Shown here: positions 1 to 9,329 of the stretch, in pieces
Numbering within the stretch: position 1 is the first letter of the stretch
How the letters are laid out: each line of letters starts with the position of its first letter
Assembly: GCA_963662655.2 (NCBI GenBank)
Contig: CAXXTU010000002.1
Span: forward strand, 3,584,001 to 3,648,000
Direction of reading: 5' to 3'
DNA from: Candidatus Cloacimonadales bacterium
Lineage (GTDB): Bacteria; Cloacimonadota; Cloacimonadia; Cloacimonadales; JAIOQZ01
DNA length: 64,000 nucleotides
Made by a program: the position numbers and the translations under genes
The notes under the pieces: model-generated
What the model was told of the DNA's origin: nothing
Databases searched by the model: none
The model's input: the letters and a program-made list of their open reading frames with translations, nothing else

Positions 1-75
1 CGTCGACACTTCCTGCGCGGAGAGTGTAATCAGCACGGTGAGAAACAGGAGAAGGATCAGTGATTTTCGCATCAT
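1..75 (-). CDS. 5' end of a secreted protein (runs off the window)
   Basis: Reverse strand reads MMRKSLILLLFLTVLITLSAQEVST..., a signal peptide. Its ATG overlaps the TAA of the upstream gene (TAATG). Confidence 0.75.
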   Translation of the reverse strand, partial: MMRKSLILLLFLTVLITLSAQEVST

Positions 76-1031
76 TAGAATTTCCTGCTGAGGATCAACA
101 TTGGCGTAACATGGTCGTTGCAGAGAATCGGCTGTACGTTGAATTCGTAACGCGGAGCTTTCGAGATGTACTCCACGTTGTAGGATTTTGTTACACGATA
201 GGCGTCGATGATCGCCACAAGGTGGTTCAGCATGATTCCCCATGTGCAGTAGTCCGCTTTCGTGTAGTAGTCTTCAGCTTCCTGTCGCATATCGATGTAT
301 TCGTCGCGTAGTGCGGAATCCCTGGATGGATCAGTTTCATCATTATAGTCGGGATTCGTCGGGTAATTCCCGATCCACTTGTGATTCGGATCATCGGCTG
401 AGGTATCCCACGCCCATGAGTAATTACCCTGGTAACCGTATTTATTATGCCAGTCAGTCCAGCCGAAAACGTATTTGTTGTATTTACCGATATCTTCATA
501 GAAGTGCTGCGTATTGGTTTCATCGAGCCGGAAATGTGTTTCATCGTAGATGTCTTGCACCTCGGCGTCTTCGCCAATGACATCCATCATATTGTCGCGA
601 GCTTCATAATACAGCTCTCGATCATAATGCAAGTCGGCGTAATCCTCGTAGGCGTCTTCCTTATCGAGTCCTTCTTTCTGGAAGTGAATATATCCTACCC
701 AAAGCGCGATCTCGAGAATGGGGAATACATAGCCGGTCCAGGAGCGATAGTTTGCGTAGATCGATCCAGAGCCGGGAATTAACGCGGAACATGCCATTGC
801 GAGCGCTGCCGATTTCTTCCGGTAGTTTACGACAATGATATCGTCACCGGCAACTTCGTCGATGTCTTCGATTTCCACTTTCGGTCTTTCCTGTTCCTCA
901 TGTTTAGCCGCTTTTGTATCTTCAAGCTTGATGGTCTCTTCGGTATCCGTGGCGTTGAATTCTTCAACTTCCTGCGCTGCGAGAATGGCGAGCATGCTCA
1001 GAACGAGCAGTACCGACAGTATTTTCTTCAT
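75..1031 (-). CDS. Secreted/outer-membrane hypothetical protein (DUF5683/TM2-like hydrophobic motif)
   Basis: 318-aa ORF with a signal peptide, a KKSAALAMACSALIPGSGSIY motif and a C-terminal Phe; same operon as porV. Confidence 0.65.
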   Translation of the reverse strand: MKKILSVLLVLSMLAILAAQEVEEFNATDTEETIKLEDTKAAKHEEQERPKVEIEDIDEVAGDDIIVVNYRKKSAALAMACSALIPGSGSIYANYRSWTGYVFPILEIALWVGYIHFQKEGLDKEDAYEDYADLHYDRELYYEARDNMMDVIGEDAEVQDIYDETHFRLDETNTQHFYEDIGKYNKYVFGWTDWHNKYGYQGNYSWAWDTSADDPNHKWIGNYPTNPDYNDETDPSRDSALRDEYIDMRQEAEDYYTKADYCTWGIMLNHLVAIIDAYRVTKSYNVEYISKAPRYEFNVQPILCNDHVTPMLILSRKF

Positions 1032-1052
1032 TGATCGCCTCCAGGCAAAGTC

Positions 1053-4000
1053 TTAATTTTCTATACCAAACCGGATGGTTTTCTTTTGTCCGTCCGATTC
1101 AACAATTCCAAAATACAATCCCGAAGCCATATTCCGTGTATCGATGCGAATCGATTCATCCGCTTCATAGCTTCGGTCGCAGATCATATCCCCTGCGATG
1201 TTGTAGAGCTTCACATCGATTTTAGCCTGCGCTCCCTCAACTTTCAGCCGCAACTGGCCGCTTCGCACGGGATTGGGGTAAGCAATCACGCTCAAACGCT
1301 GATCTGCGGATGGGGAATAGGTGATGGCGCCGTAAAAACAGCCGTATCCACCGTTTCGATAGCCATTCCAGTCGATCGGATTTTCGTAAACCTCATCAAT
1401 GGAAGCGATGCCGATTCGGCACACTTCGCTCTGGCTGGCAGGATCCTCGTAAAAATCGTTGTAGATATAATTCAGGCGAGCGCTATCCTTCTCCCAGTGG
1501 AAGAAATCAAGTCCCGGTTTTCCGTTCCATCCGAGCGAGAAGAAGGGTTGATAATCTCCATTGGCGTTTACCGCGAAATACCCCTGTCGCTCTCCCGGCA
1601 TCAGTACAATTGATTGATCCAGCAACTCGACGATTGCGGGATAACCTCCAGGCATGATGTTCAAATCTTCCAGCCGTGCGGGAAATCCATCGGCCATGAC
1701 ACCTTCGGTGTCTATCGCGAAGATGGTGTTTCCAGCCCCGAAGAAGAGGTAGACTCGACCGTCGTCCATGGGCGCGCCGATCGAAAGATTGGTCGTCGCT
1801 GCAGTTGTATACGGATATATCTCGAATATGCGCTTTACCTGTCCATCGCGGATTCTGTACAGATCACCCTCGTCGGACAACATGAAAACGGCATTATTGG
1901 CAACGTTTGCCGTGTCGTAGAATGCGATGGGATCGTAAGAAGTTGCTTCGAACGGCATCGTGATTTCGTTCTCGATCGAGAATTCACTCTGGTAATCGAT
2001 CTTGTACAGAACGCCCTCTGAGAAAGCATACAGATAGCGATCATCCGCGGCCAGGGACGCATTTCCGATTGGGAGAGCGTCGGTATGGGGCGCGAAATCC
2101 TGCGATCCGCCCTTGAATTTGTAGATGAAATTCCCGGTGCAGACGGCAAAACTGTTTTCATTTCCTGCTACCAAAGGGAACGGTGGGGACGTAACCTCCG
2201 ATGTAAAGGTGATGGAACCGAACGACTCGGCTGTCTTCAGAACATGCAAATCTTTGCCGGCCGCAACGACCCATTCGTCGTAGCCGTCTTCATCGTAATC
2301 GAAAGCTATGGGCGTCTGCGTCGGTTTGAATGAGAGCGGGACCTGCGTGAGCATGTCGTTCCAGTCATCCAGGCTTCCGCCATCGTAGAAATGCGATATG
2401 AAATTGACTCCATGATTGGAGAAAACGGGGAATTCGGATATCGTGGAATTGGGAAGGAAATCGGAGAGACCCGCTCTTCCCATTGTTACAACAGAATCGA
2501 TCTCGACGAACGGAACATAGCTGATATTATCGAACATCTGAGCTTTGAAACGGAAGCTGACGATTTCTGGAGGTATATGAAATGGCCGGCTGTAGTGGCC
2601 CGAATCGATGTCGTAGATTTCGAACATGGAAGGCTCACCCGCGTTGGTTTGCAATGCGGGTTGCGTTGTCGATGAAATTCTGTTGTTGAACAGGTTGATA
2701 TCCCACCCGGTGAAATATCCGTTGGTGTCAAGAAGCGGTTTGTACTTGTAGAACGGCTCGTAAACGGTACCGTACCAGTATTGCGAATAGACATTCCCGA
2801 TATCCTCGAGGCCGTCCGCTTCTATGATCTTCACGCCGCGGGATTTGTATTTTGTGTTGACGGAGTTGGCAGCGAAGTTGCTGACAAACTCGCCGTCGCT
2901 TTCGTAGGTGCCTTGCTGATAGATGATCTTCTCGTCGACATGCCACATGATCAGGCCGCCGCCGTAGCTGTTGTTGTTCTCATCGTTCCAGCCGGGAAGA
3001 GCGAAGTCGTATTCGTCCGCGTCGTCGTTGTCGTAACCGGTAGGGTAGAAGATAACCTGGGAGTTGGCTCCGTTGTCTCCAACCATCGTGGTGACACCAT
3101 CCTCATCGTGGTCGGTCTGGCGATTCTCGATGAGAATGTATTCCGTATCGCTGAGAGGTATTTTTACGATGTATGCCTGGTTGGGCCCAATATCGCCGGA
3201 GAACTGCTTACCCGCCGCGATAACCTCGATCGGCTGACTAAGGTCGAACTCGGAGATGTCCTTCAGAAGTCCGTTTGCGCGGAACTCGTTGTTCCAAACG
3301 AGTTCCTTGTGGAACGCGCCGGGTAGCGCCGGGATTCCGCCTTCGATGTAGAAGTATTTTTCTCCGTCCGGAATACCGTCGCCGTCATCGTCCGGGCTCA
3401 TGGTCAGGATAGTGGAGCCACCGCTGTCCATGATGTCCCAATAGCCGACTGCCGGACGGAAATTGAAGGTATTGTAGAGGTCTACGAAGCCCAGCGTGTG
3501 GCCGAACTCATGCGCGGTTACGGAGTTCGTAACGCCGTAGCCATCATAAAATTCGATACCGCCCTCCGTGTAAGAAGAGGTGTCCTGGGTTATCATTTCG
3601 GGTACGTTGCACAAGTGCTTGATGTATTTCGCGCCGTTGTCGACAGCCACTTCCTTGCCGTCGCCGATCGTGATGAAGAACGAAGGAATGTCTCCGGGCG
3701 AGTCCCCCTGAATATCGTGCTGCCAGTCCGCCCCGGCGTGAATCACCATGTAGTGACCATAGTCGGAGAAATTGACCGTAGAGTCCGCATCGGCAGTTTG
3801 AAGGACGTCGCGGAAGTATTCTTCGAAGCGCTCGAGCATCAAGCTAGATGAGGCACCGGGCGGATTGTAGTACTTCATCTCCTGGGGAAGCTCGTAGAAT
3901 GATCCGTCCCGAGGGTAGATGTCGCAATCGAGATCGTAGAATCCCTGACTCACTTCAAGGTAGTAGTAGCGCACCGATTCCATGATTTTGGTGAAATACT

Positions 4001-4313
4001 CGTGATCATGCGGTGGCGCGCCCAACGTGATGGGATAGTCGTCGTCTTCCAGCAGGAACTTACCGTTACCCGTCGTTTGCGGGTCGTCGTCTTCCTGGAA
4101 TTCAGCCAGGATAACCAGGAGCTTGTTGTTGGCTCGAAGCGAAGGCTGCTGAACCTTAAGTCCGCCCCCCATCAATTTCTCGATCGGGTGAACGGGGACA
4201 TCTCTTTTTCGGATGGTTTTCCCGAGAATCGGAATCTTGCCGTCCTTCGCAGGAAGCATGGTGAAGCACATCATGCCTGCGACAAAAAGCAGTAAAGCTG
4301 TTGAACGACGCAT
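1053..4313 (-). CDS. M6 (immune inhibitor A-like) metalloprotease with FG-GAP-like region and T9SS-type C-terminal sorting domain
   Basis: Zinc motif HEFGHTLGFVDLY, WDIMDSG Met-turn, EYILIENRQ, and C-terminal AYPNP...YNIAG...SGLYF. Confidence 0.85.
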   Translation of the reverse strand: MRRSTALLLFVAGMMCFTMLPAKDGKIPILGKTIRKRDVPVHPIEKLMGGGLKVQQPSLRANNKLLVILAEFQEDDDPQTTGNGKFLLEDDDYPITLGAPPHDHEYFTKIMESVRYYYLEVSQGFYDLDCDIYPRDGSFYELPQEMKYYNPPGASSSLMLERFEEYFRDVLQTADADSTVNFSDYGHYMVIHAGADWQHDIQGDSPGDIPSFFITIGDGKEVAVDNGAKYIKHLCNVPEMITQDTSSYTEGGIEFYDGYGVTNSVTAHEFGHTLGFVDLYNTFNFRPAVGYWDIMDSGGSTILTMSPDDDGDGIPDGEKYFYIEGGIPALPGAFHKELVWNNEFRANGLLKDISEFDLSQPIEVIAAGKQFSGDIGPNQAYIVKIPLSDTEYILIENRQTDHDEDGVTTMVGDNGANSQVIFYPTGYDNDDADEYDFALPGWNDENNNSYGGGLIMWHVDEKIIYQQGTYESDGEFVSNFAANSVNTKYKSRGVKIIEADGLEDIGNVYSQYWYGTVYEPFYKYKPLLDTNGYFTGWDINLFNNRISSTTQPALQTNAGEPSMFEIYDIDSGHYSRPFHIPPEIVSFRFKAQMFDNISYVPFVEIDSVVTMGRAGLSDFLPNSTISEFPVFSNHGVNFISHFYDGGSLDDWNDMLTQVPLSFKPTQTPIAFDYDEDGYDEWVVAAGKDLHVLKTAESFGSITFTSEVTSPPFPLVAGNENSFAVCTGNFIYKFKGGSQDFAPHTDALPIGNASLAADDRYLYAFSEGVLYKIDYQSEFSIENEITMPFEATSYDPIAFYDTANVANNAVFMLSDEGDLYRIRDGQVKRIFEIYPYTTAATTNLSIGAPMDDGRVYLFFGAGNTIFAIDTEGVMADGFPARLEDLNIMPGGYPAIVELLDQSIVLMPGERQGYFAVNANGDYQPFFSLGWNGKPGLDFFHWEKDSARLNYIYNDFYEDPASQSEVCRIGIASIDEVYENPIDWNGYRNGGYGCFYGAITYSPSADQRLSVIAYPNPVRSGQLRLKVEGAQAKIDVKLYNIAGDMICDRSYEADESIRIDTRNMASGLYFGIVESDGQKKTIRFGIEN

Positions 4314-4321
4314 GGGTATCC

Positions 4322-5419
4322 TTAGAATTCGAAACGGAGGGAGAAGGTTTTCTGGTATTCCTGAAGTTCACCACCCTGTTCCATAGCGGCGTCAACGTTA
4401 ATCTTGTATCGTCCGCCCCACTCGAAGCCGAGACCGATACCGAATGAAGCTCCGGACATGGATCCGGCGGGATCGTCGTAGTAACCTGCGCGGAGTGCGA
4501 GGATATCGTAATAGATGTATTCGGCTCCGTACTTACGGATGATTTCACGAGTCTCCTGCTTCTGTGTGTCATCGCTCCATGCGGAGAACATACGGTTGAA
4601 TACACCGTCTTCGTTAGCCAGAAGCTTGTTCCATTCAGCGTTCAAGGTGAACTTGTTCACTTTGGATTCCAGCAGGCGATAGGAGAGACCGAACGCCCAG
4701 TTCATGGGAAGCGGATCCGCCTGGGATTCGTTGATGTATGTGATGTCGGGGCCGATATTTGTCATGGCCCATGCGTAGTCGAGTTTTGAAAGGTACCAGT
4801 AAAATGATTTCCATGGCGTTTCGCCTTCGCCGTAAGTTCTCAGAGAATGTTTGATACCTACGTCGAAAGCCCAGGAAGTTCCCTGACCCTTCTGCGAGGA
4901 TTCGGTTTCACCGGTTCCTTCAGGGGCCAGATCGCTGTGGATGAGCTTGATGGTTGCGCCAAGGCCTACCTGATCGAAAAGTTCGTAAGCGTAGCTTGGT
5001 CCGAGGGCAATTTCGTAGCTATGGAATTCGCCTTCAGGATTCCCTTCCTCGTCCATTCTCTGCTGCTTACCGTAGGTCATGTAAACAACGTGGAAACCGA
5101 TGTTTCCCGTGTCTTCAAAATATTGATTCCAGGCAAGATACATATGGTACATGTCATCGATGCCTTCCGTGTCGCCAAACCAGTTTGTCGCATTGACCGC
5201 AAGCTGGGTTTTTCTGTTGAAAGCCATCGCGCCAGGATTCCAGAATGGAGCGTAGGCATCATCGACCATCGCGATGTATGCGCCACCCATACCGCCAGCA
5301 CGTGAACCGGGCTGAATCATAAGGAACATTACTCCAGCTTCTGATACCGCGCTAAGCACAATCGGTACAAACAGCGCGACGAGCAGTAAACATACAGCTC
5401 CCGTCTTTCGTGTTATCAT
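4322..5419 (-). CDS. porV: PorV/PorQ-family outer-membrane beta-barrel (T9SS shuttle)
   Basis: FLMIQPGSRAGGMGGAY...FWNPG N-terminal signature, ADPLPMN, GAEYIY...LRAGY and a terminal Phe. Confidence 0.8.
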   Translation of the reverse strand: MITRKTGAVCLLLVALFVPIVLSAVSEAGVMFLMIQPGSRAGGMGGAYIAMVDDAYAPFWNPGAMAFNRKTQLAVNATNWFGDTEGIDDMYHMYLAWNQYFEDTGNIGFHVVYMTYGKQQRMDEEGNPEGEFHSYEIALGPSYAYELFDQVGLGATIKLIHSDLAPEGTGETESSQKGQGTSWAFDVGIKHSLRTYGEGETPWKSFYWYLSKLDYAWAMTNIGPDITYINESQADPLPMNWAFGLSYRLLESKVNKFTLNAEWNKLLANEDGVFNRMFSAWSDDTQKQETREIIRKYGAEYIYYDILALRAGYYDDPAGSMSGASFGIGLGFEWGGRYKINVDAAMEQGGELQEYQKTFSLRFEF

Positions 5420-5541
5420 TCTAAACCTCCAGAAAGTTATTCAATTCAAGGAATTACCACAAAAAAACTGGCAATTTTCAATGCAGGCGGAGATAATAAG
5501 TTGTGAACAAGATTATTCTATTGAATCCTCCAAAAAAAATA

Positions 5542-5629
5542 TGGTGCCGAAGGCCGGACTCGAACCGGCACGCCGCAAAACGGCGGTGGATTTTGAGTCC
5601 ACTGCGTCTACCAGTTTCACCACTTCGGC
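5542..5629 (-). tRNA. tRNA-Leu(CAA)
   Basis: Reverse complement GCCGAAGTGGTGAAACTGGTAGACGCAGTGGACTCAAAATCCAC...GGTTCGAGTCCGGCCTTCGGCACCA: CAA anticodon, long variable arm, encoded CCA. Confidence 0.95.
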
Positions 5630-6109
5630 ATGCGATAGAAACAGACTCTAAATTCGGCACTCGGTGTCAAGAATTTTCTCACCAATGTTGCCTATCAAGT
5701 AACCGTTACAAGCAAATCCGGGCGACGATCTGTTACAACCGACTAAACTTATAACGAGCATCCATTACCGATGTTACAGGAATATTGAATAATCTTGTGT
5801 GAAATATTTGCTGTTGGCGCGTTCTGTAATCGTATACATATCAATAGATAATGGGTGAAGCCTCCCGTTGCCAACGCGCTTCCATTCATGCTGTTTAATC
5901 CTCGGGAGTGGTTGGATGGCTGAAGTGAAGGTGTATTGACGACTCGAAAAAGCATTAATGAAAATTGGCGTTCATTTTTTTGCGTTTGCATCCGGCGCGC
6001 AGAAAATGATAAAAAAAAGTACATGAAACGAGCGGAGGGAATTATATTGTTGAAAATCTCTGATTCTGTCCCGAAGGGGATATCTCGAATGCTATGGAGG
6101 TTCCAATTC

Positions 6110-8368
6110 ATGTTCCGGAAAACGATGATCGTATTTTCTATTCTGATTGTGACTGCAACGTTGTTATCACAAAGCCGTGTCGATAGCCTGAGATCGAGTA
6201 TTGCAGATTACGAGCAGCGCGGAGAGAGCGGCAGCGAATACCTTAAAACGCTCAACGACCTTGCGAAGGAACTGCTATACAGCGCGCCCGACGAGTGCAT
6301 CGAACTGGGAGAGAAAGCGTTGAAAGGCGCTCGGAACATCGGCGACCGGGAGAACGAGGGCATGGCGCTGCTCATGATCGGGAACTCAAATCTGATGATG
6401 GGTCAGTTCGAAAAAGCGCGCGACGAGTATTTCTGCAAGAGCTATAAGATCGGCAAGGATGTCGATTCGAAACTACTAATTTCGAGTTCGCTGAATTCGC
6501 TGGCATCGGTCGCAATGAGTATGGGTGATTACGATCAAGCGCTCGAGACTTTTCTGCAATCGATAGAAATCGAGAAAGAGCGAGGCGACACGATACGGGT
6601 AGCGACGATCCAGTTCAACGTCGCTGGACTCCTGATGAACCGCGGTCAGTACGAGACGGCGTTGGGGTATTTCCTCAATTCCATACGCGTGTTCGAGAAC
6701 ACGGGCCAAACGGAGCTGGTGAAGCGCGGCATGAACAATGTCGCCGTCCTCTACCACGCATGGGGAAATTGGGACAAAGCGCTGGAATACTACGAGAAAT
6801 CGGCGCAAATGTACAAGGAGACCGGCGATTCCCTCGGTATGTCCATTCCGCTCAACAATATCGGCGAGATATACAAAGACCAGGGAAAATACCAGCAGGC
6901 GATCGAGTACTACTCCGAATCGCTTCGCCTCGGTAAGGAGTCGGACAACATGCACTTCCAGGGTGTGGCCAATATCGGTCTGGGCGAAGCATACCTGCGA
7001 CTGGAGAAATTCCCACAGGCGTTGAAGCACCTCAACGATGCACTTGAGATATTCGAGCAGATATCCTTCCAGGAGGGAGAAGCACGTGTTTACAAGCACC
7101 TTGCCGAGATCGATTACCACAAGAAGAATTTCCCCCGCGCTCAGAGCTATGTGGAACGAAGCCTCAAGCTGGCCGGTGAAGCCGGGATCAAGGATCTGAT
7201 TCAGGACGATTACAAATTGCTGTCCGAAATCTATGAGGGGAAATCGGATCACCAAAACGCGCTGACCTATTTCACGAAGTACTCGGCGCTGCGCGATTCG
7301 CTGTTCAACGAAGAGAAATCGAAGAAAATTGCCGAGATGAATGTCAAATACGAGACAGAGAAGAAGGATAAGGAAAATCTCCTTCTGCGCAAGAACAACG
7401 AGATCAAGGAGCTCGAACTCAAGCGAAGGAGAACGCAGCAAACCTACGCCTACGCTCTCGCGCTTCTGATTCTGCTTCTAGCGTTTGTACTGTATCGCAG
7501 GTACAGGCAGAAGCAGAAGGTCAATCTCATGCTCCAGGAGAAGAACGAGCATATTTCGCGGCAGCGGGATCAGTTATCCGCCGCACTCAACGAATTGAAG
7601 GAGACGCAGAAGCAGCTGATCGAGTCCGAGAAGATGGCGTCGCTCGGAAGCCTTGTGACGGGAGTTGCCCACGAGATCAATACACCCGTTGGCATTGGCG
7701 TCACGGCGGCTTCAGCCCTGAAGGACAAAACGGTCAACCTGGCCAGAAACTATCAGGACAACACCATGAAACGCACGGAGCTGGAAGGTTACCTGAAGAC
7801 TGCGTACGAGAGCGCGAATCTGATACTCAAGAACCTTCAGCGCACGGGCGATCTGGTGCAGAGTTTCAAGCAGGTTTCGATCGATCAATCCACCGAGCAG
7901 ATGCGGGAGTTCGGATTGAAGGCGTACCTCGAAGACCTCCTTTTCAGCGTAGGTCCACGTATGAAAGAGAAGAATGTCCAGGTTGCGATCGATATCCCGG
8001 AAGACCTGTCGATCATAAGCTATCCCGGAGCATTCGCAAGCATTTTCACCAACCTGATGGTAAATTCGGTCATCCATGGATTCAAGGACATCGACGGTGG
8101 AAAGATCGAAATGGATGCGACGAGAGAGGACGATCACGTGTTCATCCGGTATCGTGACAATGGCAGGGGGATTCCGAAAGACATTCTGCCGAAAATCTTC
8201 GATCCTTTCTTCACGACGAACAAGCAGCTCGGAACAGGTCTGGGACTTCATATTGTATACAACCAGGTTGTGCAAAAACTGCACGGTGAAATTCTTTGTG
8301 AAAGTGAACTTGACAGCGGGGTTACCTTCATGATTAAAATTCCCGTGAAAATAGGGGAGATCGAATAA
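6110..8368 (+). CDS. TPR-repeat sensor histidine kinase
   Basis: GGAGG RBS before ATG 6110; signal peptide, about 7 TPRs, a TM helix, H-box VAHEINTPVG and HATPase DNGRG/FDPFFTT/GTGLGL. Confidence 0.9.
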   Translation: MFRKTMIVFSILIVTATLLSQSRVDSLRSSIADYEQRGESGSEYLKTLNDLAKELLYSAPDECIELGEKALKGARNIGDRENEGMALLMIGNSNLMMGQFEKARDEYFCKSYKIGKDVDSKLLISSSLNSLASVAMSMGDYDQALETFLQSIEIEKERGDTIRVATIQFNVAGLLMNRGQYETALGYFLNSIRVFENTGQTELVKRGMNNVAVLYHAWGNWDKALEYYEKSAQMYKETGDSLGMSIPLNNIGEIYKDQGKYQQAIEYYSESLRLGKESDNMHFQGVANIGLGEAYLRLEKFPQALKHLNDALEIFEQISFQEGEARVYKHLAEIDYHKKNFPRAQSYVERSLKLAGEAGIKDLIQDDYKLLSEIYEGKSDHQNALTYFTKYSALRDSLFNEEKSKKIAEMNVKYETEKKDKENLLLRKNNEIKELELKRRRTQQTYAYALALLILLLAFVLYRRYRQKQKVNLMLQEKNEHISRQRDQLSAALNELKETQKQLIESEKMASLGSLVTGVAHEINTPVGIGVTAASALKDKTVNLARNYQDNTMKRTELEGYLKTAYESANLILKNLQRTGDLVQSFKQVSIDQSTEQMREFGLKAYLEDLLFSVGPRMKEKNVQVAIDIPEDLSIISYPGAFASIFTNLMVNSVIHGFKDIDGGKIEMDATREDDHVFIRYRDNGRGIPKDILPKIFDPFFTTNKQLGTGLGLHIVYNQVVQKLHGEILCESELDSGVTFMIKIPVKIGEIE

Positions 8369-9321
8369 TGAGTTCATTTGATGATATTTCAGGAAACAGC
8401 CCGTTCGACAAAGATGAGGGCGACCTTTTCCAGTTTGATAAAAAGGAAGCGGAAGCAGGTGGCGACGCGCTGACCTTTGCAGCGGAAGCGCCAATTCAGG
8501 ACGACCTTTCATCGGCGTACATCGGTAAGGAGTGGAAGGTGCTGGTCGTTGACGACGAGCGAGACGTCCACACCGTTACCAAGCTCGCTCTGGACGGTTT
8601 TGAGCTCCAGCAGCGCAACATCGAGTTTCTGGACGCCTTTTCCGCCGAGGAAGCGAAACAGATCATGAAGGCCCACCCGGATATCGCGATCGTTCTGTTG
8701 GACGTGGTGATGGAATCCAATCAGGCCGGGCTTGATCTGGTGCGCTACATCCGCGAGGATTTGGGCAATACGTTCACGCGCATCATCCTGCGTACCGGTC
8801 AGCCGGGAGAAGCGCCAGAGAAAGAGGTCGTGAAAACATACCAGATCAACGACTACAAGACGAAGACCGAATTGACTTCCGACAAGCTATATACTGCCGT
8901 GCTGGCAAGTCTGCGCACCTACGAGGCGATGGTTACGATCTACGCCTACCGGATGAATCTCGAGAAGAAGGTGAAGGAACGTACCCGCGATCTTGAAAAA
9001 TCCCTGAGGGAGTTGCAGGAAGCGCAGCAGGAGATCATCGACCTCGAACGAAAAAATACGGCGCTGGCAATGGCTGTCACCACAAGCCACGAGATCAATC
9101 AGCCGCTCATGGTTATCAAGGGTTCGATGGATTTGATCAATCTGTCGCCTGATCTGAAAACCTTCTCCGAGCAGCAGCGCAAACATCTGGTCAACATCGA
9201 GGATTCCGTTTCGAAGATCAGCACGATCATGAAGAAATTCCACGAGATGGACTCGATCAAATTCAGCGACTACACAGACGATACGCAGATGGTCGATTTC
9301 GAGAGCGAGGACGAACAGTAG
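8368..9321 (+). CDS. Response regulator receiver plus HisKA-like (DHp-only) protein
   Basis: VLVVDDE, LLDVVM, ILRTGQPG receiver motifs and SHEINQPL; no HATPase; translationally coupled to the kinase. Confidence 0.85.
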   Translation: MSSFDDISGNSPFDKDEGDLFQFDKKEAEAGGDALTFAAEAPIQDDLSSAYIGKEWKVLVVDDERDVHTVTKLALDGFELQQRNIEFLDAFSAEEAKQIMKAHPDIAIVLLDVVMESNQAGLDLVRYIREDLGNTFTRIILRTGQPGEAPEKEVVKTYQINDYKTKTELTSDKLYTAVLASLRTYEAMVTIYAYRMNLEKKVKERTRDLEKSLRELQEAQQEIIDLERKNTALAMAVTTSHEINQPLMVIKGSMDLINLSPDLKTFSEQQRKHLVNIEDSVSKISTIMKKFHEMDSIKFSDYTDDTQMVDFESEDEQ

Positions 9322-9329
9322 AGCTCACA

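Noticed and set aside
5700..5780. Three GTTACA motifs between tRNA-Leu and the TPR kinase
   Set aside because: Short and irregularly spaced; cannot be distinguished from chance.
5936..6109. Upstream extensions of ORF-track starts (also 11201, 20576, 34913, 44419, 53568, 59664, 60856)
   Set aside because: Downstream starts have an RBS, signal peptide or translational coupling; some extensions lie inside neighbouring genes or the IS.
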